53,846 nt of DNA, taken from Anaerolineales bacterium UBA3001. Lineage in GTDB: Bacteria; Chloroflexota; Anaerolineae; Anaerolineales; UBA11657. The notes under the pieces were generated by a model that was not told the DNA's origin, ran no database searches, and saw only the letters and a program-made list of their open reading frames with translations. The DNA lies in contig DDZT01000064.1 in NCBI GenBank assembly GCA_002346435.1, positions 1-53,846 of the forward strand. The letters are read 5' to 3'. Both the position numbers and the translations under genes were made by a program. Numbering within the stretch: the first letter of the stretch is position 1; each line of letters opens with the position of its first letter. This document shows positions 27,829 to 37,526 of this stretch, piece by piece.

Positions 27829-28812
27829 ATGAAAATTCTAGTCCTGACAGCTTCTGAAGTGCGTCAAGCTATACACATGAAAATTGCTATTGACGTGATG
27901 AAAACCGCCTTTAAGGACTTTAGCATGGACAACTCACAAGCACCGCTGCGCAGCAAGATTAGTGCTGATAAATCTAATGGAACCGTATTGTTAATGCCCG
28001 CTATTACAAATAGCGATTTGGCAATAAAAATCGTTTCGGTATTTGACAATAATCAACATCTATCATTGCCTCTTATACACGCTATGATCATTGTCTTAGA
28101 TGTGTCTACAGGCAAGCCATTAGCTCTATTAGAAGGTGGGTCTATAACTGCTATCCGTACCGGTGCTGCTAGTGGAGCAGCCACTGATGTATTAGCACGA
28201 AATGATGCAAAAAGTGTAGCCATAATTGGTAGCGGTGTTCAAGCTCAAACTCAAATTGAGGCAGTATGTACAGTTCGTACAATTGAAAAAGTATGGGTAT
28301 ATAGTCCAAACACTGAACACGCTGAAATTTTTGCGTCTAAAATGAGTGGAAGGGAGCCTATCCCCGATGATTTGTGTGTTGTCAGATCCCCCATGGAAGC
28401 TATACAAGATGCGGACATCATATGTACAGCTACCACTTCCAATACGCCTGTCTTCGATGGTAATTATATAAAGAAGGGTGCGCATATTAATGCAATAGGC
28501 TCATTCACACCAAAAATGCAAGAAGTGGATCATTTAACTATTAGTAAATCCTTAGTGGTAGTAGACTCACGGCAAAGCGTTTTAAAAGAAGCTGGCGACC
28601 TGATTGTTCCTATTGAGGCCAATATAGTACAAAAAGATCACATCCATGCTGAATTGGGTGAGATCATATCAAATAAACTATTAGGTCGTACAGACAAAGA
28701 TCAAATCACTTACTTTAAATCGTGTGGAGTTGCAGTCCAAGATGTAGCTGCTGCTCAACTTGCAGTACAAGAGGCCAAACGAGTAGGTCTAGGGACTGTT
28801 ATCTCATTGTAA
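27829..28812 (+). CDS. Ornithine cyclodeaminase / mu-crystallin family enzyme
   Basis: 327 aa. Rossmann loop VAIIGSGVQAQTQ and overall OCD/mu-crystallin pattern (ITAIRTGAASG). Confidence 0.85.
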   Translation: MKILVLTASEVRQAIHMKIAIDVMKTAFKDFSMDNSQAPLRSKISADKSNGTVLLMPAITNSDLAIKIVSVFDNNQHLSLPLIHAMIIVLDVSTGKPLALLEGGSITAIRTGAASGAATDVLARNDAKSVAIIGSGVQAQTQIEAVCTVRTIEKVWVYSPNTEHAEIFASKMSGREPIPDDLCVVRSPMEAIQDADIICTATTSNTPVFDGNYIKKGAHINAIGSFTPKMQEVDHLTISKSLVVVDSRQSVLKEAGDLIVPIEANIVQKDHIHAELGEIISNKLLGRTDKDQITYFKSCGVAVQDVAAAQLAVQEAKRVGLGTVISL

Positions 28813-28857
28813 TTTACCAATAAATAGAGCTCTATAATTCGCGCGCATAACCCTGCG

Positions 28858-28866
28858 TGCTATAAT
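28858..28866 (+). promoter_or_regulatory. Candidate extended -10 promoter element (TGcTATAAT) for the NurA-HerA operon
   Basis: Exact TGnTATAAT match about 150 nt upstream of ATG 29017 in a 204-nt non-coding spacer. No convincing -35 element. Sequence match only. Confidence 0.3.
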
Positions 28867-29016
28867 CGCTTGAGTACATTTTTCTTGGTATATTTGGGCA
28901 CTCTAGTATTAATCAATAGCATTAACATTAGCAGTAGTAGATTGAAATCATTTGCGTAATTGTCAGATAAATTTGGTTCAGTCTAGCTGCGACCAAATAC
29001 ATAGGACGACATAGAA

Positions 29017-30207
29017 ATGGGACTAGAACTGAACAAACTGTCGAAACAAGTTAATAAGATGGGTACTACCGTAGCATCTCGTTCTGCAGAAATAGAAGCT
29101 CGACTCCCAAAGGCTCGTGCAACTCTAAAGAAGATTACCAACAACGACCCAGAACTTAAGAAAAAAATAAAAAGAGCACTGTCAATGCACTGGACTGGAG
29201 CCATCCCTACTTCTGAACCAGTACATGCGGTTTTTCCATGTCCAAAACACCCAAAACGAGCGAATATTGCGGCCGCAGATGGATCACAAATCTATCCAGA
29301 CCGACATGGTATAGCAATTTATTATCTCATTAACACAGGAAGCATTATATTTCGTCATGGCTTAGACGAAGCGCCAATATGTTCATCTTATCCTAGTTTA
29401 TTCTACGAAAATCATGACCTATACCCTAATGAAGTTCTAATCCCAAGTTCTTTAGTGAATGCGCGACGTGACATTACGGAATTGCGCGAATTGGCACAGA
29501 TTGCTGAAAAAGAGGTCAAGACAGCACCTACGTTACTAATGTTAGACAACGGATTGCTACTTTATCTAGGACTACAAACAGCGGAACACAGACAATCGGA
29601 GGAAATTTTAGGAGAATACCTGGAAACATTGAGTGCGATAGAGTCAACAAACGCTTGTATTGCGGGAGTAATAGATAGACCACGAGCTGCCAATGTTCTA
29701 CGTCTACTCAGATTATATGATATGGAAAATGACATGTTCGACACCAACGTATTGCGCTCACTAGGAGATTACTCGCAACTAACCGACCGAATGCTATTTG
29801 GTACACTACAGCCGGGAGAAAGAAGTGCTATTTTTGTAAATGCATCTCCACAAAATCTAGAAAGGTATCTACCCAAGGGTCAAAAAATAGTGTTTTACTA
29901 CGTTAATGCTGGTACCAGAGAGCAACCTGTAATCCTAAGAGTGGAAATCCCAGAATGGGTCGCTAATCAACCTGAACAACTGTCGCTAACACACGCAGGT
30001 GTAGTAGAGCAGGCTCGTTTTGGTGATGGATTTCCATATGTACTTATGCGATCACACGAACTTGCTGTCGTATCCTGGACAGAACGTGGGCATCTTGATG
30101 AGATGATTGGTAGCAGCCTGCACCGCAGTGGACTTTCCGCTGTTGTATCTAGAAAAGCACAGGGGAAACAATGGACTAATAGTGCTAAACGGAGGTATGG
30201 AAAATGA
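29017..30207 (+). CDS. NurA-domain nuclease-like protein
   Basis: 396 aa. NIAAADGSQIYPDRH (NurA DGS catalytic-aspartate motif, around residue 88), LLMLDNGLL, and C-terminal GDGFPYVLMRSHELAVVS resembling the NurA C-terminal Pxx(L)xxAH/D motif. An alternative start at Met15 is possible. Confidence 0.7.
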   Translation: MGLELNKLSKQVNKMGTTVASRSAEIEARLPKARATLKKITNNDPELKKKIKRALSMHWTGAIPTSEPVHAVFPCPKHPKRANIAAADGSQIYPDRHGIAIYYLINTGSIIFRHGLDEAPICSSYPSLFYENHDLYPNEVLIPSSLVNARRDITELRELAQIAEKEVKTAPTLLMLDNGLLLYLGLQTAEHRQSEEILGEYLETLSAIESTNACIAGVIDRPRAANVLRLLRLYDMENDMFDTNVLRSLGDYSQLTDRMLFGTLQPGERSAIFVNASPQNLERYLPKGQKIVFYYVNAGTREQPVILRVEIPEWVANQPEQLSLTHAGVVEQARFGDGFPYVLMRSHELAVVSWTERGHLDEMIGSSLHRSGLSAVVSRKAQGKQWTNSAKRRYGK

Positions 30208-30830
30208 GTGATGTCAATTCTGAAGAAAAAACAAATTCATCAATCCCAATTGGTAGAATGTTGCGTAGTGACACCACAGGTTTTACATTCGGATGCTTGC
30301 TACCAGAGCCAGAAGTCCCACTATTTGGAGACTTCGTCAAAGCTCCTGCACAACAAGGGTTGACCGAAATCATCGGAATAATACATAATATTGTTATAGA
30401 AGATGATTTGTTTGTGCGGCAGCTTATAGCCGCTCCTGAACTACCGGAAGCTTATATTCAAGATCAACGCAAAAATAGGCAAATACCCATAGAGGTTAGT
30501 GTTCTATCAGTCGGATATTCATCTGAAAACAATATCATACAAGGCCTGCCACCCCAACCGCCAGTTACCTTAGACTATATTAAGCGCTGCTCACTCAGTG
30601 ATGTAATCGATTTTACAAATGTGCAAGATTATCTTGCACTAATACTAAACTCCAAGGAAACACCTGTGGAAGAGCTAATTGGAGCAGCTTTACAACGTGC
30701 ATCAAAAGCACGACCTATTGAAGATCGGGAACTTTTCTTGTTACAGGCTGGAAAAGAGCTAGCTAGATTACTTTCGGATGACCTTTCCAAGCTCAACTCG
30801 ATATTGCGTCGTATACAGGTGAACATATGA
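30204..30830 (+). CDS. Hypothetical 208-aa protein, translationally coupled between the NurA-like and HerA-like genes
   Basis: ATGA stop/start overlaps at both ends (30204-30207, 30827-30830). GGAGG lies 8 nt upstream of its ATG. No catalytic motif recognised. The N-terminal part is weakly reminiscent of a HAS-type beta-barrel; the C-terminus looks helical. Confidence 0.6.
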   Translation: MSDVNSEEKTNSSIPIGRMLRSDTTGFTFGCLLPEPEVPLFGDFVKAPAQQGLTEIIGIIHNIVIEDDLFVRQLIAAPELPEAYIQDQRKNRQIPIEVSVLSVGYSSENNIIQGLPPQPPVTLDYIKRCSLSDVIDFTNVQDYLALILNSKETPVEELIGAALQRASKARPIEDRELFLLQAGKELARLLSDDLSKLNSILRRIQVNI

Positions 30831-32518
30831 AACCAGAATCAGAACTTGAAAGAATTTTTCCTGACAATCAAGGCAATTCAGGCACTCCAGGCATACGAAT
30901 TGGTACTGTAGTTGGAGGTTCATTATCTAAGGGCCTTGTTGTCAAATTAGATGCTGGTGAACTACCAGGCAGTATGATTGAACAGCTAGCTGTAGGACGC
31001 TACGTGGTAGTACAAGGTTTAACTGAACGTCGCTTTTTCTGCATAGTAACCGATGTTGCACTCGAACACACTAATCCTTATGTCGAATCCAATCCTCCTG
31101 AAACAACAGATAGTATTATGGCCGAGGTATACCGCAGCACATTAGCATACGGTAAAGCTAACGTGGCTCCCATGCTTGTACTAGAACGCGATTCGGAGGA
31201 ACCAAAACCAGTCAAAACTATACCCGCTCATTTTTCAGTCGTTGTGCAAGCAAACGAAGAAGACGTGGAACAAGTTTTTGGAAAAGCAGATGGAGACCAT
31301 TTCTATATAGGCAATCCAATAGAAATGGACCAGGTGCCTATTAACGTCAATCTTGATAGATTCATAGAACGTTCATCTGGAGTATTTGGTAAAAGCGGTA
31401 CTGGTAAATCCTTCATAACACGCACATTATTGTCGGGAATAGTCAAGTCGGGTAAAGCATCATGTCTTATTTTCGATATGCACAATGATTATGGTTGGGC
31501 TATCAAAAATGAACATGGTAGAGAATATAAAGGTCTACAGCAACTGTTTGATGCAAATCGTGTAAATGTCATTACACTAGATCCAGAAACCTCGCAAGCA
31601 AGAGGCAACAGACACGATGGCGCATTACAAATTCCTTACGATGCTATTGAGCCGGAAGACATAGCCATGCTAGCCGGTGTGCTAACACTAAGCGAAGTCC
31701 AAGTAAATGCGTTATATTTCTTGCGAAGACGTCTAGGACGTAAGTGGTTACGCAAATTACTTTCCAACGATGAAAATGACCAGTCCGAGCTTGATGAATT
31801 CGTGCAACAGGGAGATTTAATAAAAGGTACTCTAGGAGCCATTCAACGCAAATTTGAGATTTTCAGACGAATGGGATTCCTCCAAACAAATGTCAGTGAG
31901 GATCTTGTTGAAACACTGTTTCAAAAACTTAACTCCGGTATCAGTATAGTGCTTGAATTTGGTATATACGGAGATAGTCTGCCGGCTTATATGTTTGTTG
32001 CAAATTATCTAACACGCAGAATTCATCATCGCTATGTTGCAACAAAAAACAAAGCATTTGGGAACCAGGGAGATGAACCAAATCCACTTATGATTGTCAT
32101 AGAAGAAGCTCACAAGTTCCTAGACCCCGAGATATCTCAGCACACTATTTTTGGAACCATAGCTCGTGAGCTAAGAAAATACAATGTAACACTTCTAGTA
32201 GTGGATCAACGACCAAGTGGTATAGATGATGAGGTAATGAGTCAGATCGGTACACGTGTAACATGTTTGTTAGACAATGAATCAGATATCCGAGCTGTAT
32301 TTTCTGGAGTAAGTGGAGCAAGTGCTCTACGTGAAGTACTTGCCCGATTAGACACACAACAACAGGCACTTATAATGGGTCATGCTGTTCCAATGCCAGT
32401 AGTCATTCGGACAAGGGACTACGGGCCCGAATTGTATGAAGAGATAAACCAACAGACGTTTCAGTTACAATCTGATGCAGAAACAGTAGCGCAGGCTAAA
32501 GACGATTTATTTGGATAA
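30827..32518 (+). CDS. HerA-like (FtsK/HerA-class) hexameric ATPase/translocase
   Basis: 563 aa. N-terminal barrel-like IRIGTVVGGSL...VGRYVVVQG, Walker A GKSGTGKSF (around residues 188-196), Walker B LMIVIEEAHKF, LLVVDQRPSGID motif typical of HerA. Confidence 0.8.
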   Translation: MKPESELERIFPDNQGNSGTPGIRIGTVVGGSLSKGLVVKLDAGELPGSMIEQLAVGRYVVVQGLTERRFFCIVTDVALEHTNPYVESNPPETTDSIMAEVYRSTLAYGKANVAPMLVLERDSEEPKPVKTIPAHFSVVVQANEEDVEQVFGKADGDHFYIGNPIEMDQVPINVNLDRFIERSSGVFGKSGTGKSFITRTLLSGIVKSGKASCLIFDMHNDYGWAIKNEHGREYKGLQQLFDANRVNVITLDPETSQARGNRHDGALQIPYDAIEPEDIAMLAGVLTLSEVQVNALYFLRRRLGRKWLRKLLSNDENDQSELDEFVQQGDLIKGTLGAIQRKFEIFRRMGFLQTNVSEDLVETLFQKLNSGISIVLEFGIYGDSLPAYMFVANYLTRRIHHRYVATKNKAFGNQGDEPNPLMIVIEEAHKFLDPEISQHTIFGTIARELRKYNVTLLVVDQRPSGIDDEVMSQIGTRVTCLLDNESDIRAVFSGVSGASALREVLARLDTQQQALIMGHAVPMPVVIRTRDYGPELYEEINQQTFQLQSDAETVAQAKDDLFG

Positions 32519-32668
32519 TGAAACAACTATGCTAAATTGATCCTACTTATTTGTACAGTATAAACAACACATAAACTCCAATGCACAGTTATGTGCTTAC
32601 ACAATCTGTATAACTTGTATTTGATATCACATCACTTGCAAATCCTTATCAATGCTGAAGTCAGACAA

Positions 32669-32700
32669 CAGAAAAGTCCCCTGATCAGGGGACTTTTCTG
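32669..32700. terminator. Bidirectional intrinsic terminator shared by the HerA-like gene and acnA
   Basis: Perfect 32-nt palindrome CAGAAAAGTCCCCTGATCAGGGGACTTTTCTG. The GC core stem is GTCCCCT/AGGGGAC with loop GATC, flanked by an A-tract and a T-tract, so a U-run follows the hairpin on either strand. Confidence 0.8.
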
Positions 32701-32731
32701 TTGTTCCAATAAATGAATAGTTTTGTTATTT

Positions 32732-35431
32732 TTACATAAACTTACGCAGGACAGTCTGCAATATACCACCATTACGATAATAATCCACTTCTACCGGAGT
32801 ATCTACACGCACCGTTACCACAAATTCCACTACTGACGCATCAGGTCTGACTGACCTAACAACAACTTCCTGCAAAGGCTGCAAATCATTAGACAAATCT
32901 ATGTCATAAGTTTCATTACCAGTAAGACCCAATGAACGCCATGTATCACCTTCGGCAAATTGCAATGGAATTACACCCATGCCCACCAAGTTGCTACGAT
33001 GTATTCGCTCAAAACTATTGGCAATCACGGCACGCACCCCTAGTAGCTGGGTGCCTTTAGCAGCCCAATCTCTGGATGATCCTGTACCATATTCTTTACC
33101 AGCTATAACCACTAATGGAATCGCTTTGGTTTTGTACAGTTCTGCAGCATCGAAAATTGTCATTGGATTAGATGCCCCACCTTTGTCATCAAAGCATACT
33201 GTGAATCCACCTTCAGTACCAGGTACCAATTCGTTCTTGAGACGTATATTGGCAAATGTGCCACGAGTCATCACTCTATCATTCCCTCGACGCGCACCAT
33301 AACTGTTGAAATCCTCTGGTACCACTCCATGTTCCATAAGATACTGTCCTGCAGGAGATTCTTCAGAAAACTTACCAGCAGGAGATATATGGTCAGTAGT
33401 TATTGTGTCCCCTAGCAATGCTAATACACGCGCGCCGCTAATCGGATATATTTCGGGAACAGAAGATGAAACACTTTCGAAAAATGGAGGCTCCTTAATA
33501 TAGTTTGAGTCAGCATCCCATTGATATAAATGATCTGCTGAACCTGCAATCTGATTCCAGGCATCATTCCCATCGAATACATTGCTGTATTTCTCCAAAT
33601 AATGCTCAGTCTTTACTGAGCTACTAATAGCATTTGCTATCTCAAACTGAGTAGGCCATATGTCGCGTAGAAACACTGGTTGATCATCATGCCCAACACC
33701 CAAGGGCTCAGAATACAAATCAACATCGACTGTACCTGCCAACGCATAAGCAACAACAAGAGGTGGAGAAGCCAGATAATTAGCTTTTACATGTGAATGT
33801 ATTCGACCTTCAAAATTTCTATTCCCAGAAAGAACAGAAGCAGCCACCAATTCGCTACCATCAATGACCTGACTAATAGCCGGATCGAGTGGACCACTAT
33901 TACCTATACATGTAGTGCAACCATATCCAACGGTATGAAAGCCAAGCTGCTCTAAATATCCTGTTAATCCAGCCACATTTAAATATTCAGTGACTACACG
34001 CGATCCGGGAGCAAGAGTAGTTTTCACATGCTCCTTTACTGACAATCCCTTTTCAACTGCCTTTTTGGCCAATATCCCAGCACCCAACATAACACTTGGA
34101 TTAGAAGTATTTGTACAAGAGGTAATTGCAGCAATCACTACAGATCCGTGGTCTATGTCAATATCCCTTGCAACCGTTGGTTTGCTGATGTCGTCATCAT
34201 CTAGACCAAATCCACCCGTATCCACCGAAGAATACAACGAATGTCTAAATTTGGACTTCATATCCTTAAGTAAAATGCGGTCTTGCGGACGTTTCGGACC
34301 AGCCATACTTGGCTGTACAGTGCTTATATCCAATTCTAACAAGGTGCTAAATTGTGGATCCGGAGCATCATCAGTACGAAAAAGATTCTGCTCCTTGCAA
34401 TAACGCTCTACCAAATCGGCATCACGCCCTGTGCGGGTCAAAAAATCGAGAGTCTCAGCATCTACTGGAAAATATCCCATTGTTGCCCCATATTCAGGAG
34501 CCATATTTGCTATAGTTGCCCTATCCGGCAAGCTCATGCTATCAAGTCCTGGACCAAAAAATTCCACAAATTTTCCAACAACACCCTCTGCACGCAATTG
34601 CTCTACAATTGTCAAAGCTAGATCAGTAGCAGTAGAACCTTCGGGTAACACCCCATTTAACTTATACCCAACCACCTCCGGTGCAATCATATAAATCGGC
34701 TGACCAAGCATAACTGCCTCAGCTTCAATACCGCCTACACCCCATCCAAGCACACCAAGTCCATTAATCATGGTCGTATGCGAATCGGTACCAACTAAAC
34801 TATCTGGATATATAACCAACTCATTATCTACCTCAGATGCTACTACAACACTGGCCAAATACTCCAAATTCACTTGATGGATTATCCCAGTAGCTGGCGG
34901 TACCACACGTAAATTATCAAATGCATTGCTAGCCCAGGCCAAACATGCATAACGTTCACCATTACGCTTAAATTCCATCTCAGCATTACGTGTCAACGCT
35001 AAGCCATTACCAAAATAATCCACCTGAACTGAATGATCAATAACTATATCGACAGGAACCATAGGATTGATTTTATTGGGATCAATTCCATGACGATCGA
35101 GTGCGGACCTCAAAGCTGCCAAATCCACTACACTTGGCACTGCAGTAAAATCCTGCATAACTACCCTGCCTGGCTTGAACGGAATCTCTGACAATTCACC
35201 GGCATCATTACCCCATCTTGCAAGTGATTGCACATCATTAGCAGTCACAGAGAAACCATCTTCTGTGCGTAAAAGGGCCTCGAGCAAAACCCTTATAGAA
35301 TATGGCAATTCAGATATATTGCAGATTCCTTGCTTTTCAAGCGCATCAAGTCTATACAAGTTTGCACTACCTGTCTTGGTTTTTATCTCACTCCTTGAAC
35401 CAAAAGAGTCAGGATTTTTATATGTTTTCAT
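32732..35431 (-). CDS. acnA: Aconitate hydratase A
   Basis: 899 aa. Fe-S ligand regions [10 protein letters not shown] and [13 protein letters not shown]. Full-length AcnA/IRP-type pattern. Confidence 0.95.
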   Translation of the reverse strand: MKTYKNPDSFGSRSEIKTKTGSANLYRLDALEKQGICNISELPYSIRVLLEALLRTEDGFSVTANDVQSLARWGNDAGELSEIPFKPGRVVMQDFTAVPSVVDLAALRSALDRHGIDPNKINPMVPVDIVIDHSVQVDYFGNGLALTRNAEMEFKRNGERYACLAWASNAFDNLRVVPPATGIIHQVNLEYLASVVVASEVDNELVIYPDSLVGTDSHTTMINGLGVLGWGVGGIEAEAVMLGQPIYMIAPEVVGYKLNGVLPEGSTATDLALTIVEQLRAEGVVGKFVEFFGPGLDSMSLPDRATIANMAPEYGATMGYFPVDAETLDFLTRTGRDADLVERYCKEQNLFRTDDAPDPQFSTLLELDISTVQPSMAGPKRPQDRILLKDMKSKFRHSLYSSVDTGGFGLDDDDISKPTVARDIDIDHGSVVIAAITSCTNTSNPSVMLGAGILAKKAVEKGLSVKEHVKTTLAPGSRVVTEYLNVAGLTGYLEQLGFHTVGYGCTTCIGNSGPLDPAISQVIDGSELVAASVLSGNRNFEGRIHSHVKANYLASPPLVVAYALAGTVDVDLYSEPLGVGHDDQPVFLRDIWPTQFEIANAISSSVKTEHYLEKYSNVFDGNDAWNQIAGSADHLYQWDADSNYIKEPPFFESVSSSVPEIYPISGARVLALLGDTITTDHISPAGKFSEESPAGQYLMEHGVVPEDFNSYGARRGNDRVMTRGTFANIRLKNELVPGTEGGFTVCFDDKGGASNPMTIFDAAELYKTKAIPLVVIAGKEYGTGSSRDWAAKGTQLLGVRAVIANSFERIHRSNLVGMGVIPLQFAEGDTWRSLGLTGNETYDIDLSNDLQPLQEVVVRSVRPDASVVEFVVTVRVDTPVEVDYYRNGGILQTVLRKFM

Positions 35432-35433
35432 AG

Positions 35434-36456
35434 CTATAGACGTGATTGCAAGCGATTACCATATTGCTTCAGGTAATATTCCTTGAATTCTCCATCCTTA
35501 ATAGGTCTCCACCACCTTTCATTATCCTGATACCATTTAACAGTAGATTCCAAAGCTTCTTCAAATGTTTTAGATGGACTCCAACCTAATGACATCAACA
35601 GACTTGAGTCAAGTGCATATCTTTGATCATGTCCTGGACGATCCTCAACTGATACAATAAGGTCACGGGACTTATCCACATATTTTAGGATTAATTCCGT
35701 CACTTCGATATTTGTTCGTTCGTTACCTCCGCCCAAGTTATATACACCACCAGGTGCACCCTGATGCAATGCCACATCAATCCCAGAACAGTGGTCTGTG
35801 ACATAAAGCCAGTCACGCACCTGCAATCCATCGCCATAGAGTGGTAACGATTCGTTATCAATCGCATTAGTAATAAACAATGGTGCAATTTTTTCAGGAT
35901 ATTGATATGGACCAAATGTATTGCTACCTCGAGTCACCACAGTATTGAGACCATACGTCTCATGATAAGCACGTACAAGTAATTCAGCACCAGCTTTGCT
36001 AGCAGCATAAGGACTGTTGGGCTCAAACACATCTCCTTCTTTAAATCTACCTTCTACAATACTTCCGTACACCTCATCGGTACTAACTTGATGCAAACGT
36101 TCCAATTTATGATCCCGAGCTGCATCAAGCAAAACATGAGTTCCTACTATATCTGTCTGGATAAATGCATCAGGCGACAATATTGATCTATCCACATGAC
36201 TCTCTGCAGCGAAGTTTACAATGGTATCAATCTGGTGGGTAATAACAACCTCATTAACTGTTTCACGGTCAGCAATATCACCATTCACAAAAACATAACG
36301 CGGATTATCCTGCACCTCGCTTAGGTTATCTAAGTTACCTGCATAGGTAAGTTTGTCAAATACAAATAGATTATAGGACGAATATTTGTCCAGAATGTAA
36401 TGCACAAAATTGGAGCCTATGAAGCCTGCCCCGCCAGTCACTAGTATATTTTTCAC
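35434..36456 (-). CDS. rfbB: dTDP-glucose 4,6-dehydratase
   Basis: [10 protein letters not shown] Rossmann motif, YAASKAG catalytic YxxxK, 340 aa. 4-nt overlap with rfbA. Confidence 0.92.
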   Translation of the reverse strand: MKNILVTGGAGFIGSNFVHYILDKYSSYNLFVFDKLTYAGNLDNLSEVQDNPRYVFVNGDIADRETVNEVVITHQIDTIVNFAAESHVDRSILSPDAFIQTDIVGTHVLLDAARDHKLERLHQVSTDEVYGSIVEGRFKEGDVFEPNSPYAASKAGAELLVRAYHETYGLNTVVTRGSNTFGPYQYPEKIAPLFITNAIDNESLPLYGDGLQVRDWLYVTDHCSGIDVALHQGAPGGVYNLGGGNERTNIEVTELILKYVDKSRDLIVSVEDRPGHDQRYALDSSLLMSLGWSPSKTFEEALESTVKWYQDNERWWRPIKDGEFKEYYLKQYGNRLQSRL

Positions 36457-37526
36457 GGCATCCAGAAGTTGCTGTAATCACCTAAATTCATCTTAATGGC
36501 CTTTGGTAGCCTAGTGGTGTGTCCTACTATAGCATTTCTACCTATCATACTATCTACTACTCGCATGGAGATACCTGAAATCTGTGACTTTTCCAACATA
36601 ATTGAATGCTCAATTTCGCAATTTTTGAGCACACAATCATGGTAGATAGAAGTATAGGGACCAACATAAGCATTCTCTATAACAGTATTATCTCCAATTA
36701 TGCTAGGGCCGCGAATAGTGCTGTTAATTATTCGTGCGCCAGGTTGCAGGGTCACTCGTCGACCAACTTCGGATGCAGAATCTACATCTGAAACTTCCGA
36801 TACTTCGTGCACCATCTCATCTAGTACATGATCATTAGCACTTAGCATATCTAAGGGCTTACCAGTATCAATCCACCACCCAGTATGTATATACGGATGA
36901 ACTGTATGACCATTAGTCAACAACCATTGAATTGCATCAGTAATTTCCAATTCGCCTCTATTAGATGGCTTGATATTTTTAACCGCTTCAAAAATGCTGG
37001 AATCGAACATATAAATACCTACCAAGGCCAAGTTAGATGGAGGATTTTCAGGCTTTTCAATAAGCCTTTTTATGTCCCCATCATCATCAAGCTCAGCCAC
37101 TCCAAAATGCTGAGGGTCCGGAACCTGTGTAAGTACTATCTGACTATCCCATTGTGAATGAGCAAACTGTTCAATAAGAGTACTAATACCACCTTGGATA
37201 ACATTATCACCTAAAAACATGACAAACCGATCTTTACCAATAAAATCTTCTGAGATTTTTACCGCATGTGCCAAACCGGCAGGATTGTCTTGAGGTATAA
37301 AAGTAACATTAACACCCCATAAACCCCCATCTCCTACTGCAGCTTCAATCTCAGTCCCTGTGTCACCAGTCACCACACCAATTTCTGTAATACCTGCATC
37401 TCTGATAGCTCTAATAACACGAAAAAGAACCGGTTCGTTGGCTACAGGAATAAGTTGCTTTGCGCGTGTATAAGTTAGCGGATAAAGGCGAGTACCTTTG
37501 CCTCCAGAGAGGATCAGTCCTTTCAT
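36453..37526 (-). CDS. rfbA: Glucose-1-phosphate thymidylyltransferase (long form with C-terminal left-handed beta-helix)
   Basis: ILSGGKGTRLYPLT nucleotidyltransferase motif. 357 aa with a hexapeptide-repeat-like C-terminus. Confidence 0.85.
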   Translation of the reverse strand: MKGLILSGGKGTRLYPLTYTRAKQLIPVANEPVLFRVIRAIRDAGITEIGVVTGDTGTEIEAAVGDGGLWGVNVTFIPQDNPAGLAHAVKISEDFIGKDRFVMFLGDNVIQGGISTLIEQFAHSQWDSQIVLTQVPDPQHFGVAELDDDGDIKRLIEKPENPPSNLALVGIYMFDSSIFEAVKNIKPSNRGELEITDAIQWLLTNGHTVHPYIHTGWWIDTGKPLDMLSANDHVLDEMVHEVSEVSDVDSASEVGRRVTLQPGARIINSTIRGPSIIGDNTVIENAYVGPYTSIYHDCVLKNCEIEHSIMLEKSQISGISMRVVDSMIGRNAIVGHTTRLPKAIKMNLGDYSNFWMP

